From contig BROI01000002.1 in NCBI GenBank assembly GCA_027923505.1, forward strand, positions 1,984,001 to 2,048,000: DNA of 64,000 nucleotides. Reading direction: 5' to 3'. Shown in pieces: positions 12,124-24,062 of the stretch (position 1 is its first letter; each line of letters opens with the position of its first letter). The notes beneath the pieces are model-generated. The model had not been told where the DNA came from. It searched no databases and was given only the letters and a program-made list of their open reading frames with translations. The translations under genes were made by a program, and so were the position numbers. Source of the DNA: Mayamaea pseudoterrestris (lineage: Eukaryota).

Positions 12124-13254
12124 TCATCCCGTCTGCATTCGATCAAAGTCAGACGCAGCAGTCCTGGCAGATGACGCATAAATCTGCTGCTGTAGCGCCC
12201 AAATCGATTGCCTCGCATCGTTTGGCGCACAAGCTGGAACCATCCTCGCCCTATCCGCATCATACGGCGCATCCAATCCCAAGCATACAGGCGGCGGCGA
12301 CCCCGTCGGTCGATTCTGCTCATCCCGCCAAACAAGGCAGTCATAGCAACGGGCAGCCGCTCCATGCTCGGCCAATGTCTTTTTAGTATACCAAACGACA
12401 AAAGTCCCATCGTCCTCTTCACTCATGGTGATACTATAGTAGCGAGCATCGCCAAATCGACCCGACGGAAACACTTCACCCGTCAATGGGCATACAAAGA
12501 CCGACGTCCACTTTAATTCGTGCGGTGGTCCGTGGTTGTGCCAAGTCACGTAAAAGTCCTGCGAAATCACCTTGCGACGCGGCGCACGGCCGTAGAGAGC
12601 GTGCAACGCGCCCTTTGGCGCAAATCCTGGAGTCGATGGGTTTGACATGTTTGCAGGAGGAGGCGGCGGTGGAGGCGGTGGCATTTTGCCAAACTGTGGT
12701 GGCATGGGCGGCGGCGGTGGAGGAGGAGGTGGCGGCGGAGGAGCTTGCCGGGGTGGCGGCGGAGGCGGAGGCGGAGGCATGAACGAAAAGCCTTTCGCTG
12801 CACTTGCTGCTGGATTCGTAAAGCCCTTGAACGGCGGTGACATTGGAGGTTCACTAAAGTGTGGCGCCGTATTAAAAGCACTCGCAGCACCTGTAGACTT
12901 GCTAAACATAGACGAGGCATCGCTCGACGCAGCAGTCGTCATGCTAGCAGTCGTTCTCGTCTCGTTGGAAATGTAGGTTGCCGCTTCGTCGTCTTCGTCA
13001 TCCATGAACGCATCTTCTTCATACTGACGCTTCTTGAGCAGCGACTGGGACTGAGGAGAGAACTGCGGCTCTTGCTGTGGCGAAAGTGTCTTTGGATGCT
13101 GCTCTTGCGTCGGGGTCGGGGATTGAACATTGGCCGGCTCGACACCTTTCACGTCGCTGCTCTTCTTTCCACGTAGCCAGAATGGAAGAGTATCTTCATC
13201 CGTAAGATGTTGCTTACTCTTCCAGTCTCTGGAATAATCAAAGCCTTGGCTCAT
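12124..13254 (-). CDS. Polyproline-rich protein with C-terminal dsRNA-binding-motif-like domain
   Basis: Likely start MSQGFDYS at 13254. Poly-P tracts are followed by PKGALHALYG...WTSVFVCP...WYTKKTLAEHGAAARCYDCL. Confidence 0.7.
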   Translation of the reverse strand: MSQGFDYSRDWKSKQHLTDEDTLPFWLRGKKSSDVKGVEPANVQSPTPTQEQHPKTLSPQQEPQFSPQSQSLLKKRQYEEDAFMDDEDDEAATYISNETRTTASMTTAASSDASSMFSKSTGAASAFNTAPHFSEPPMSPPFKGFTNPAASAAKGFSFMPPPPPPPPPRQAPPPPPPPPPPPPMPPQFGKMPPPPPPPPPANMSNPSTPGFAPKGALHALYGRAPRRKVISQDFYVTWHNHGPPHELKWTSVFVCPLTGEVFPSGRFGDARYYSITMSEEDDGTFVVWYTKKTLAEHGAAARCYDCLVWRDEQNRPTGSPPPVCLGLDAPYDADRARMVPACAPNDARQSIWALQQQIYASSARTAASDFDRMQTG

Positions 13255-13646
13255 CGTGGCAAATGTTGTTCTTTGGTGGAGTCGTAGAAAGAGTTTGGCT
13301 ACTAGCTGAGAATTCCCACAAATAGCTTTGCAAGGCGACGTTGAATACGATATATACAATACGTAACGTATATATCGTATTCACCAACCTCACAAAGATG
13401 ACTTTGCAGGAATTCTCCGCCGAGAAGCGTGATTTGGAAAAAGTGATGGCCCATCATGGTCGCGCGCTTCGTTCCGGTTTTCGTGTAGTTGTGAGTACCG
13501 GTAGGACCTGTGATTGGAATCGCCAAAAATGCGACGAAAAACGGACATCCACGCTGAAGGAGTTGCGACGCCTTTGTTCGACGGGCAGTCGTCCTTCATA
13601 CTTGCGCCACTGCTCCTGCTGTACATTTGCATTCTATATACACAAC

Positions 13647-14390
13647 ATGGTCATTCGTAGCGATCTAAAAGTGGAGCTAGTTGATGCGGAATCCAAGAAA
13701 CCCTTCAAAGAACATGAGAAGGACGGCAACATTTACGTAGAAGTCGAGCCAGACATGGACTACTTCATTGCCATTCGTCGGGTAAGCACGCAAATACCCT
13801 CGACAATCGTTACATATATGATTGTTGATGGTACGTGTCTTGGATACGAACAGTGGCATTTACCAAACACGCCACATCAAGTTCATCGAGGATTTTGGAG
13901 CCGCGTTAATGGACAAGGACAGGACATTGCGCTACAATTTACCAAGCCCCGGCCAAGTAATCCAGGTACGGGATACGAAGGAATCACTGGAAAAGTGGAA
14001 GTTCGTTTGTTTGAAGGCATCCCAGAAGGCATACTGCTCGACTATGATTTCATTGATAGTGTCGACCCAGATCCGACCTTGGAGGGAGAGAGGGCAAATA
14101 TTAGCGAAAAGAAGTTTTTGTTATCAGAAAAAGGATATTTTACAAGCATGAGCGAGTTTACTGGTGCTAAGACAGTGTCAGATGCATATTCTCCGGGAAA
14201 GTTTATTGACTCGATAACGCTACATTATTGCACGGCGGTCGGCTTGATTGAGGTTGGTGTTCTCCCAAAGCCGCAGCCATGGGATTATCATCGTATGAAG
14301 TTTCCCGTTCGTGCCGGTCAGCAAACTGCTTTGCACAAGCCGATGAAGCATCCGCGCTTGGAGAAGTTGATTGAAGTGGTTGATCTGTGA
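13647..14390 (+). CDS. Unknown family paralogue 1 (MVIRS..., ~250 aa); C-terminus truncated by a 7-bp duplication
   Basis: Aligns by eye with three other copies (FKEHEKDG.IYVEVEPD..YFIAIRR; KKFLL; LHYCTAVGLI.VGVLPKP). Confidence 0.8.
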   Translation: MVIRSDLKVELVDAESKKPFKEHEKDGNIYVEVEPDMDYFIAIRRVSTQIPSTIVTYMIVDGTCLGYEQWHLPNTPHQVHRGFWSRVNGQGQDIALQFTKPRPSNPGTGYEGITGKVEVRLFEGIPEGILLDYDFIDSVDPDPTLEGERANISEKKFLLSEKGYFTSMSEFTGAKTVSDAYSPGKFIDSITLHYCTAVGLIEVGVLPKPQPWDYHRMKFPVRAGQQTALHKPMKHPRLEKLIEVVDL

Positions 14391-14946
14391 TCTGACGGAC
14401 GAGGCAGAACCTGAACGATTCACGTGGTAGGACGAGAGGTGTTATAGCGTCGTTTTTTACGTAGCAGTTTTAGCTCTGTGTCGACGAACAAGAACATATT
14501 TGATGGATACACTTTAACTATTGTTTACGCCTGGTAATTTTAACGCGGATGAGTGTGCGAGCGTTTGTATCGAAGGCAGCCGAAAAATTGCGTTGCGACA
14601 GTGTGGCAGAACCAAGCTTAACTTAAAAGGGAATAGCGGTGCGGTCTATTCTCATCGTCCGACGGAACTGTAACAGCATGTGGATTGCGGTCCAACGCAA
14701 AGACAAGCGTGGTGAATCCCATGAGGAACTCTAGTAGTCAATGAAAGTTGTCTCGGTCCCATGGGATTGGTGACGGGACTGGGATTTATCCTTTGTGTTC
14801 TCGTACACGCTGTCGACGGTAGCTTGGTCATTTGTTGAGATTTCTTCATTTGCGAGCAGCATCACATTGAGCAGGCGACCAGGTCGCGGAAATTCTGAAA
14901 GTGACTGCGATTAAGAACACCCATTGTGCGAGCAAACATCAGTATC

Positions 14947-15708
14947 ATGGTCGTCCGCAGCGGCTTCCAGGTGGACCTAGTCGACGCTGAAACAAAGAAA
15001 CCCTTCAAGGAGCATGAAAAAGACGGCAAAGTTTATGTTGAAGTCGAACCAGATACGGATTACTTTATCGCAATCCGCCGGATCACCCAGGAAGGATTTC
15101 CAAAAATTTTGAGTTTGTATAGCGTTGATGGCAAGAAGCTTGATTATCACCAACCACACGACGAAATCGATGCCGAAACATTTTACCAAGGAATTTGGAG
15201 TCGCATCGACGGGAAAGATCAGATCAAAGCCTTGCGCTTCGCCAAGCCAAGTCCGGCCGAAGCTGGAAAGGGTTACGAAGGCAACACCGGATTTGTTGAA
15301 ATCAAGCTGTATGAAGCCATTTTTGAGGGCGTCGAGCCAGTTATCGATCACATATCCAGCGTGGAACTGCATCCATCTGTGGATGCTGCTCGTGCTTCCA
15401 GCAAGAAGAAATTCCTTCTCACTAAAGCTGGAACCTCGACTATCTTTGATGACACGAAAAGTGATACCATGAGCTGGTACAGTAAGGGAAAAGAATTTGA
15501 CCGTATATCTTTCAACTACTGTTCGGCTCTTGGATTGATTTTAGCTGGTGTGCTTCCGAAACCCGACCTTTGGACCTGGCAGCGCATGAAGCATCCGGCT
15601 CCATCGGGACAGCTTACGGCTCCGTTCAAGAAGATGCGACACAAAGACAAAGTCATTGAAGTTGTTGATCTGACTGATGAAGATGCGCTTCCTATCTTTA
15701 CCTGGTGA
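14947..15708 (+). CDS. Unknown family paralogue 2 (intact)
   Basis: MVVRSGFQVDLVDAETKKPFKEHEKDGKVYVEVEPD...EVVDLTDEDALPIFTW; same motifs as its neighbours. Confidence 0.85.
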   Translation: MVVRSGFQVDLVDAETKKPFKEHEKDGKVYVEVEPDTDYFIAIRRITQEGFPKILSLYSVDGKKLDYHQPHDEIDAETFYQGIWSRIDGKDQIKALRFAKPSPAEAGKGYEGNTGFVEIKLYEAIFEGVEPVIDHISSVELHPSVDAARASSKKKFLLTKAGTSTIFDDTKSDTMSWYSKGKEFDRISFNYCSALGLILAGVLPKPDLWTWQRMKHPAPSGQLTAPFKKMRHKDKVIEVVDLTDEDALPIFTW

Positions 15709-15982
15709 TGACCCTTTCGGTATACGTCAAATTCTCGCACGGGCCTTGCAATTATAACTATGTAATGAAGAAAATGATGGTATGGTACTTGTATCACCGT
15801 TATGCACTGTATACGATAGGTACCAGCATTTTTTTGGCGATGTATGTTGTATTCCCTGGCTTACTGTCGCAACGAAAACTACTGCGACAAAGGTGTCTCG
15901 CCAAGCGCGCCATGCCAATAAAATCATTGGATCACCAGTAAATTGCAACACTTCACCTTTCAAGCTCCTCGCTGTTATCATC

Positions 15983-16739
15983 ATGGTCATCCGTAGCGGC
16001 TTTGAAGTGCAGCTTGTTCATGCCGATTCCAAGCTCCCATTCAAGGAGCATGAAAAGGATGGCAAGATATATGTCGAGGTGGAGCCAGACGCCGAGTATT
16101 TCATTGCCATTCGTCGCCTCAACAACACGGGGCCACCTGCGATTGTTTCTCAATACTCTATTGACGGCAAGAGACTAAATTACTCTCGGGCCCTTTCAGA
16201 AAAGGCTGAATTTACGTATGATGGTATTTATAGTCAAATGAACGGCAAAAGCTCTACCGTTACGGTTCGCCAAGCCTCGACTAGCTGCGAACGGAAATGG
16301 GTATGAGGGAGGCATGGGCAACGTGAAGATTAATCTTACTGAAGGAATTTATAAAGGAGATATACCATGCGTGGATACTACCTCTTCGTTTGAGTCAAGT
16401 TACTCAGCAACGGGAAACATAAGCACGTGCAAAAAGAAATTCCTTCTTAGTGAACCTGGCCACTCTACGCGAAAGACGCCGGTTGCCCATGTTTCTAGAC
16501 ACTTCATTCCAGGTCGCGATATTGAAACCATCACGCTGAACTACTGCTCGGCTGTCGGATTAACGGATGTTGGCGTCATCCCCAAGCTTTCATTGTGGGC
16601 CGGCCAGCGCATGGTTCGACCGGCTCCTGCCGGACAACTCTGCGCTCCATCTTCAATGGTGAGCGATCCGGCCGATGCGACCAAAGAAATTGAACTCTTC
16701 GATTTGACTGATGAGAGTGTTCTTACAATGAAAAAGTAG
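15983..16739 (+). pseudogene. Unknown family paralogue 3, frameshifted near 16259
   Basis: The first frame matches the paralogues up to GIYSQMNGKSST. Homology continues in another frame as LRFAKPRLAANGNGYEGGMGNVKINL; about 5 nt are missing relative to paralogue 2. Confidence 0.78.
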
Positions 16740-16900
16740 GAGTAACTTTATCATTCGCTTGTTGCGATGCAAGCGATTCAGAATTCAGTGCCTTTTATCA
16801 CTAAAAATGGCGAGGCAAATACATCTAGGCAAAATGTATGTAATTCGTAAATCCATTTTATCAAACGACTTTAATCGTAGTCACTACCTACTCGACGGGA

Positions 16901-19065
16901 TCAACGCAATCCAAGCTTCTCGCGAAACGCGACATTGTCAACGTTGGCTTCAATCCATCGTCGCAGGGGTAGCGCCGAAGGGACGAGCTTCATCGTCTTG
17001 GCGATCGAATGACGCTGCTTGACCGCATCAGTATGTGCCATGTAGGCAAACATTTGACCCAAGTCCTTCATATACGTGTCACGCGGTTCCAAGTAGCTGG
17101 TGACATCCTCGGTCTCGAGTCGCATGGGTGAGTCGTGAGTTTCATCGGTTTCGCCTTGCATAAAGACTTCATTGATCATGTCCTTTACTTCACTGATCGT
17201 GACAAAGTCAGTCACCAAACCTATCTCATGGCCTGCATAGACTTGATAGCTGTCAAAGACATTGGCCACGGCGGGGCCCAAGTCGTCAATGCTCATGCAC
17301 ATGACCTTGGTGTCATTTTTGAGCGGCAGCGTGAGAACATACTTGTCCCCTCCATCGTCGCTAGTGCGCTTCTCAATGCGATCAAAGAACAGCTCAGAGT
17401 AGCAAGGCATGAGAATGTAAGTGACACTGAGCTTTTTCGTCCGAGCATACGCAGCCGCACGTGCCTTGGCATCCAGCTGCGCGACCGAAGGCGACGCCAT
17501 TCCCAAACCAAAGACGCGATTCATTTCCTCCACCGATTCAAACGTCGAAAAGACCAAATGCTTGACCGTTTGGGAAGCCTCGCAGGCATCAATCACGTTT
17601 CGTGCGTGTCGCTCCTCCGTTTCCATGTCGCCGCCAGCCTCTTCGTAGAAATCAGTCACTAAAAAGGCGCCTTCCGTTCCATTGACGGCAGCTAGACAAG
17701 ACTCCATGTTGTCAAAGTCGGCAAACACTATCTCAATCCGACTCGGATCCAGCGCCACGAGTTGCTTCGCAGCTGCTCCATTCACATGGCGCGTCGTTGC
17801 TCGAATCTTATATCGCTTGCGCGAGTCATTGAGCAATCCCTTGACAACAGATCGTCCTTCTGGACTTGTTGCTCCAAAGACTGTAACGGAATGAATATCG
17901 GGCGAATCCAACGTCAAACCGACGCGTTGAAAGGCAGTCGCATCCGAGTGTGTCAAGAGCCAATCCTTGAACGTTTGTGGTTTTCGCGGAAAGGCAGCAG
18001 CATACGTACCTTCCAGGTCGTGGCGAAGCGCGCGTGGATCTCCAAGAAAGGTAAACATTTGCGCCATGGCTGGTGCCTGCGGAAAGGGCAAAGCCGAAAC
18101 TTCTTCTGGTGACAGTGGATTGTAGACCACATCCTTTCCGTACAAGTCACTGAACTCCAAGGCAACCGCGTCCATGCTAATGCGTTCGCTCGCGAGGCGA
18201 AGGTTGACGCCTTCGTATTCGTCTGGTTTGGCAAAAATGTTGGCTGACATGCAATAGAGGTGGACGCGGACGCGAGCAACATGAGAGATGAGCGACGCTT
18301 TAAACACTTGTAGGAATCACCCATTTCCATTCACTTACGAACAATATACGCCAGATCCGAAGCTCCCATCATGTCAATTGAATTCGTCCCGTCTCCAAAG
18401 CATGCATTCAGCTGCCACTGCGTCTTGGATTCATCCGGCAATGGCGCAAAGAATCCCAAGAATGCCGAGTAGAAGAATGGCATGGTCAGCAGAGTCAGTT
18501 TGAGGTTTGAAATGTTCTTTAAATATTCCATTCCGTATTCCCCGCCTCGTCCCTTGGACGTATAGTGAGGTACAATGGATCCATCATCCAGCGGATCAAT
18601 CCACAAGTCGCCCGTCGCTTCCAAAATCTCGCGGTTCAACTTTTGCACATTGTCGCGCGTACTCATGACAACATGACGCGCAATACCATCCTGCTCATAG
18701 GCTTGCTTGAGTAAGTGAAAGAATTCAACAATCACTTGGTATTCGGCAGCGGCAGCGTCGGAACATCCGCTCGTTTGCCCAACTTCGGAAGGAAGCTCCG
18801 TCGTTGTCACAAAGAATATGCAGGTCGCCTTGGTTGTTAACAAAGCCTGCAATACGTCGTCGGGATTTTGAACGTCTCCCGTGTATAGCGTGGCGCCGAG
18901 CGCGTCGGTGAGGTAGGCGTCGTGCGTTTCGCGCGTGAATCCAAAGGTTGTCACGTTGCTGTCCGTCATGCCTTCGACGACGGCGCGGCCTTGCTCGCCG
19001 GATGCGCCAAAGACGAGGCAGACTGGAGGCGACTTTGATAATGCTGTAGAAGTTGAAGTGTTCAT
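16901..19065 (-). CDS. Protein with two tandem NmrA-like (atypical SDR/Rossmann) domains; intron 18244-18338
   Basis: Domain 1 VFGASGEQGRAVV, domain 2 VFGATSPEGRSVV...VKHLVFST...SIDDLG. GTAAG...CAG splicing joins AYIV-P-NIFAKP in frame. Confidence 0.87.
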
Positions 19066-19489
19066 GGTTATATTCTTGTCTTTGCTGTATAATGAAGCTT
19101 GTCAAGTTGCTTGTCGTTCGCGTTGTGTTGTGTGAAGGCATGAATGATGAAGGCTCTCGTGCGAACCACTCCTCTGTGATCGATGATCTTTGAAAACCGT
19201 CGTCGGTGCGGTTGAAAGCGATCCATAGGGATTCGGAGAAGGATTCGGCTTCGCATCAAGATTCTTTGCGTTTTCAGCTACTGAATGACCACCAACTTGC
19301 AGTCAAACATGGTTGGCATCAACCATGGGCTCCACGCTATACGTATGGTGGACTTACAAAATGCATTATAGACCCTTTTATGTAGCTGTACTCGTACAAC
19401 TAACGTCCCTGTCTGCTTGTAGACGCTGGAAAGAGCTCCATGCTTTGACAAACATCCCTGTGTTGGTACAGAATGGGTTGTAAATCATT

Positions 19490-22400
19490 CATTAGACAGC
19501 CCAGCAATGCATACCATCTTAAAGCGCAGCCTAGAAAATGATGTTGGCCCCATTCTTGTGAGATTTTGGTGCATACATGGCTTGATGCATAGGCACTTGA
19601 ATGTCAAGGCATCTGCAGGTTGCGACTGGTGAGAAGTCTACTGAGACACATTGCAGTCTACTGAGACACCAGCCAGTCAACTCATCTTGTAGCGCACCTG
19701 AAATAAGGAATGTTAGCACCATTCTTGTATGATTTGAGCATACCGGTACACATGGCTCAAGGTATGGGCATTTGAAAGGCATGGCAGCTGCAGGCTGAGA
19801 CTGGTGACTTGCTAGCAACAATCACATTGCAGTCCTGGAGACACTAGGCAGTCAACCTTTCTTGTACAGCACCTGAATTAAGCATGTTAGCACCATTCTG
19901 GCTTGATTTGGGTGAACACATGGCTCTAAGTGTGGGCGTTTCGGCATCCGCGGGCTGAGACTGGTGACAAGTTGTCACCAAATACATTGCCATCCCCTGA
20001 GACACCAGCCAAGCCTACAATCTTGTAGCGCAGCCTGAATAATGATGTTGGCACCATTCTGGTGTATTTTGGGCACCTACAGGGCTTGCTGTAGGGGCGT
20101 TTGAATGTCACGGCATCTGCGGGCTGAGACTGGTGACAAGTTGTCACCAATCACATTGCAGTCTGCTGAGACACCAGCCAAGCCTACCATCTTGTAGCGC
20201 AGCCTGAATAATGATGTTGGCACCATTCTGGTGTATTTTAGGCACCTACATGGCTTGCTGTGGGGGTGTTTGAAAGTCACGGCATCTGCAGGCTGAGACT
20301 GGTGACAAGTTGTCACCAAATACATTGCCATCCCCTGAGACACCAGCCAAGCCTACCATCTTGTAGCGCTGCCTGAATAATGATGTTGGCACCATTCTGG
20401 TGTATTTTGGGGACCTACAGGGCTTGCTGTAGGGGCGTTTGAATGTCACGGCATCTGCGGGCTGAGACTGGTGACAAGTTGTCACCAATCACATTGCCAT
20501 CTCCTGAGACACCAGCCAAGCCTACCATCTTGTAGCGCAGCCGAAATAATGATGTTGGCACCATTCTGGTGTATTTTGGGCACCTACAGGGCTTGCTGTA
20601 GGGGCGTTTGAATGTCACGGCATCTGCGGGCTGAGACTGGTGACAAGTTGTCACCAAATACATTGCCACCCCCTGAGACACCAGCCAAGCCTACCATCTT
20701 GTAGCGCAGTCTAAATTAGGATGTTGGCACCATTCTGGTGTATTTTGGGCTCCTACAGGGCTTGCTGTAGGGGCGTTTGAATGTCACGGCATCTGCGGGC
20801 TGAGACTGGTGACAAGTTGTCACCAATCACATTGCAGTCTGCTGAGACACCAGCCAAGCCTACCATCTTGTAGCACAGCCTGAATAATGATGTTGGCACC
20901 ATTCTGGTGTATTTTAGGCACCTACATGGCTTGCTGTGGGGGTGTTTGAAAGTCACGGCATCTGCAGGCTGAGACTGGTGACAAGTTGTCACCAAATACA
21001 TTGCCATCCCCTGAGACACCAGCCAAGCCTACCATCTTGTAGCGCAGCCTGAATAACGATGTTGGCACCATTCTGGTGTATTTTGGGCACCTACAGGGCT
21101 TGCTGCAGGGGCATCTGAATGTCACAACATCTGTGGGCTGAGACTGGTGACAAGATGTCACCAAATACATTGCCATCCCTTGAGACACCAGCCAAGCCCA
21201 CCATCTTGTAGCGCAGCCTGAATAATGATGTTGGCACCATTCTGGTGTATTTTAGGCACCTACATGGATTGCGGCGGGGGCGTTTGAAAGTCACGGCATC
21301 TGCGGGCTGAGACTGGTGACAAGTTGTCACCATATACATTGTCATCCCCTGAAACACTAGCCTAGCCTACCATCTTGTAGCGCAGCCGGAAATAGGATGT
21401 TGGCACCATTCTGGTGTATTTTGGGCTCCTACAGGGCTTGCTGTAGGGGCTTTGAAATGTCACGGCATCTGCGGGCTGAGACTGGTGACAAGTTGTCACC
21501 AAATACATTGCCATCCCCTGAGACACCAGCCAAGCCTACCATCTTGTAGCGCTGCCTGAATAATGATGTTGGCACCATTCTGGCGTATTTTGAGGACCTA
21601 CAGGGCTTGCTGTAGGGGCGTTTGAATGTCACGGCATCTGCGGGCTGAGACTGGTGACAAGTTGTCACCAATCACATTAAAGTCTGCTGAGACACCAGCC
21701 AAGCCTACCATCTTGTAGCGCAGCCTGAGGCACCTACATGGATTGCGGTGGGGGCGTTTGAATGTCACAGCATCTGCGGGCTGAGACTGGTGACAAGTTG
21801 TCACCAAATACATTGTCATCCCCTGAAACACTAGCCTAGCCTACCATCTTGTAGCGCAGATGAATAATGATGTTGGCACCATTCTGGTGTATTTTGGGCT
21901 CCTACAGGGCTTGCTGTAGGGGCTTTGAAATGTCACGGCATCTGCGGGCTGAGACTGGTGACAAGTTGTCACCAAATACATTGCCATCCCCTAAGACACC
22001 AGCCAAGCCTACCATCTTGTAGCGCTGCCTGAATAATGATGTTGGCACCATTCTGGTGTATTTTGGGGACCTACAGGGCTTGCTGTAGGGGCGTTTGAAT
22101 GTCACGGCATCTGCGGGCTGAGACTGGTGACAAGTTGTCACCAATCTCATTGCAGTCTGCTGAGACACCAGCCAAGCCTACCATCTTGTAGCGCAGCCTG
22201 AATAACGATGTTGTCACCATTCTGGTGTATTTTAGGCACCTACATGGATTGCGGTGGGGGCGTTTGAATGTCACGGCATCTGCGGGCTGAGACTGGTGAC
22301 AAGTTGTCACCAAATACATTGTCATCCCCTGAAACACTAGCCTAGCCTACCATCTTGTAGCGCAGCCTGAATTAGGATGTTGGCACCATTCTGGTGTATT

Positions 22401-23550
22401 TTGGGCACCTACAGGGCTTGCTGTAGGGGCGTTTGAATGTCACGGCATCTGCGGGCTGAGACTGGTGACAAGTTGTCACCAAATACATTGCCATCCCCTG
22501 AGACACCAGCCAAGCCTACCATCTTGTAGCTCAGCCTGAATAATGATGTTGGCACCATTCTGGTGTATTTTGGGGACCTACAGGGCTTGCTGTAGGGGCA
22601 TTTGAATGTCACGGCATCTGCGGGCTGAGACTGGTGACAAGTTGTCACCCATCACATTGCAGTCTGCTGAGACACCAGCCAAGCCTACCATCTTGTAGCG
22701 CAGCCTGAATAATGATGTTGGCACCATTCTGGTGTATTTTAGGCACCTACATGGCTTGCTGTGGGGGTGTTTGAAAGTCACGGCATCTGCAGGCTGAGAC
22801 TGGTGACAAGTTGTCACCAAATACATTGCCACCCCCTGAGACACCAGCCAAGCCTACCATCTTGTAGCGCAGTCTAAATTAGGATGTTGGCACCATTCTG
22901 GTGTATTTTGGGCTCCTACAGGGCTTGCTGTAGGGGCGTTTGAATGTCACGGCATCTGCGGGCTGAGACTGGTGACAAGTTGTCACCAATCACATTGCCA
23001 TCTCCTGAGACACCAGCCAACGCCACCATCTTGTAGCGCAGCTGAAATAATGATGTTGGCACCATTCTGGTGTATTTTGGGCACTTACAGGGCTTGCTGT
23101 AGGGGCGTTTGAATGTCACGGCATCTGCGGGCTGAGACTGGTGACAAGTAGTCACCAAATACATTGCCATCCCCTGAGACACCAGCCAAGCCTACCATCT
23201 TGTAGCGCAGCCTGAATAAGGATGTTGGCACCATTCTGGTGTATTTTGGGCTCCTACAGGGCTTGCTGTAGGGGCATTTGAATGCACGGCATCTGCGGGC
23301 TGAGACTGGTGACAAGTTGTCACCAAATACATTGCCATCCCCTGAGACACCAGCCAAGCCTACCATCTTGTAGCGCAGCCTGAATAATGACGTTGGCACC
23401 ATTCTGGTGTATTTTGGGCACCTACAGGGCTTGCTGTAGGGGCGTTTGAATGTCACGGCATCTGCGGGTTGAGACTGGTGACAAGTTGTCACCAAATACA
23501 TTGCCATCCCCTGAGACACCAGCCAAGCTAATACCCTTGTAGCGCAGCCT
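19490..23550 (-). repeat. 169-bp satellite, array A (about 21 well-conserved units at 19930-23550 plus degenerate left flank), reverse orientation relative to array B
   Basis: Near-identical units recur every 169 bp (e.g. ORF ends 20077, 20246, 20415); the unit is the reverse complement of the 55-64 kb unit. Confidence 0.97.
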
Positions 23551-23589
23551 GCAAAATATTGTTAGGCATCTGCGGGTGGCATTTCAAAT

Positions 23590-23905
23590 TACAAAAGAAT
23601 GGTGCCAAAATCATATTTAGGCTGCGCTACAAGATGGTATGTATGTCTGGTGTCTATGTAGACTGCAATGTGACTGGACAGATGCCTTGACATTCAGTAT
23701 CCTATAGATCAAGCCATGTAAACACTTAAAACACATAATAAGGGTGACAACATCATAATCCGGGCTGCGCTACAAGATGGTGCGCCTGGTTGGTGTCTCA
23801 ATAGACTGCAGTGTGCCTGGTGACAACTTTTCGCCAGTCTCTACACATCATGGTCGCTATATGAACATTTTGAATGGTTAGACACCTGCTGGCTGAGACT
23901 GGTGT
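23590..23905 (+). repeat. Degenerate, inverted copies of the 169-bp unit at the right edge of array A
   Basis: gaatggtgccaaaatcatatttaggctgcgctacaagatggt (~23597) and ggctgcgctacaagatggtgcgcctggttggtgtctca (~23763) read in array-B orientation; ggctgagactggtg (~23891) reverts. Confidence 0.85.
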
Positions 23906-24062
23906 GAAGGTGATGTTCCATGCTATGTAAGCAATGTTAAATTTACGACCATTGAAAGAGACTTTTCCATTTACATTCCCGCATAAGAATGCCAAAGTCC
24001 TTCTGTTAAAAACATGTATAGTTTACGCGTATGTGGTTCATACGTAACGTTTACTCCTGATG

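Noticed and set aside
13341..13646. N-terminal extension of paralogue 1 in the ORF track
   Set aside because: Begins at a non-ATG codon; all paralogues align from the MV(I/V)R methionine.
19930..23550. CRISPR-like array suggested by regularly spaced palindromes
   Set aside because: Sequence between palindromes is itself repeated (no unique spacers), no cas genes are present and the context is eukaryotic.
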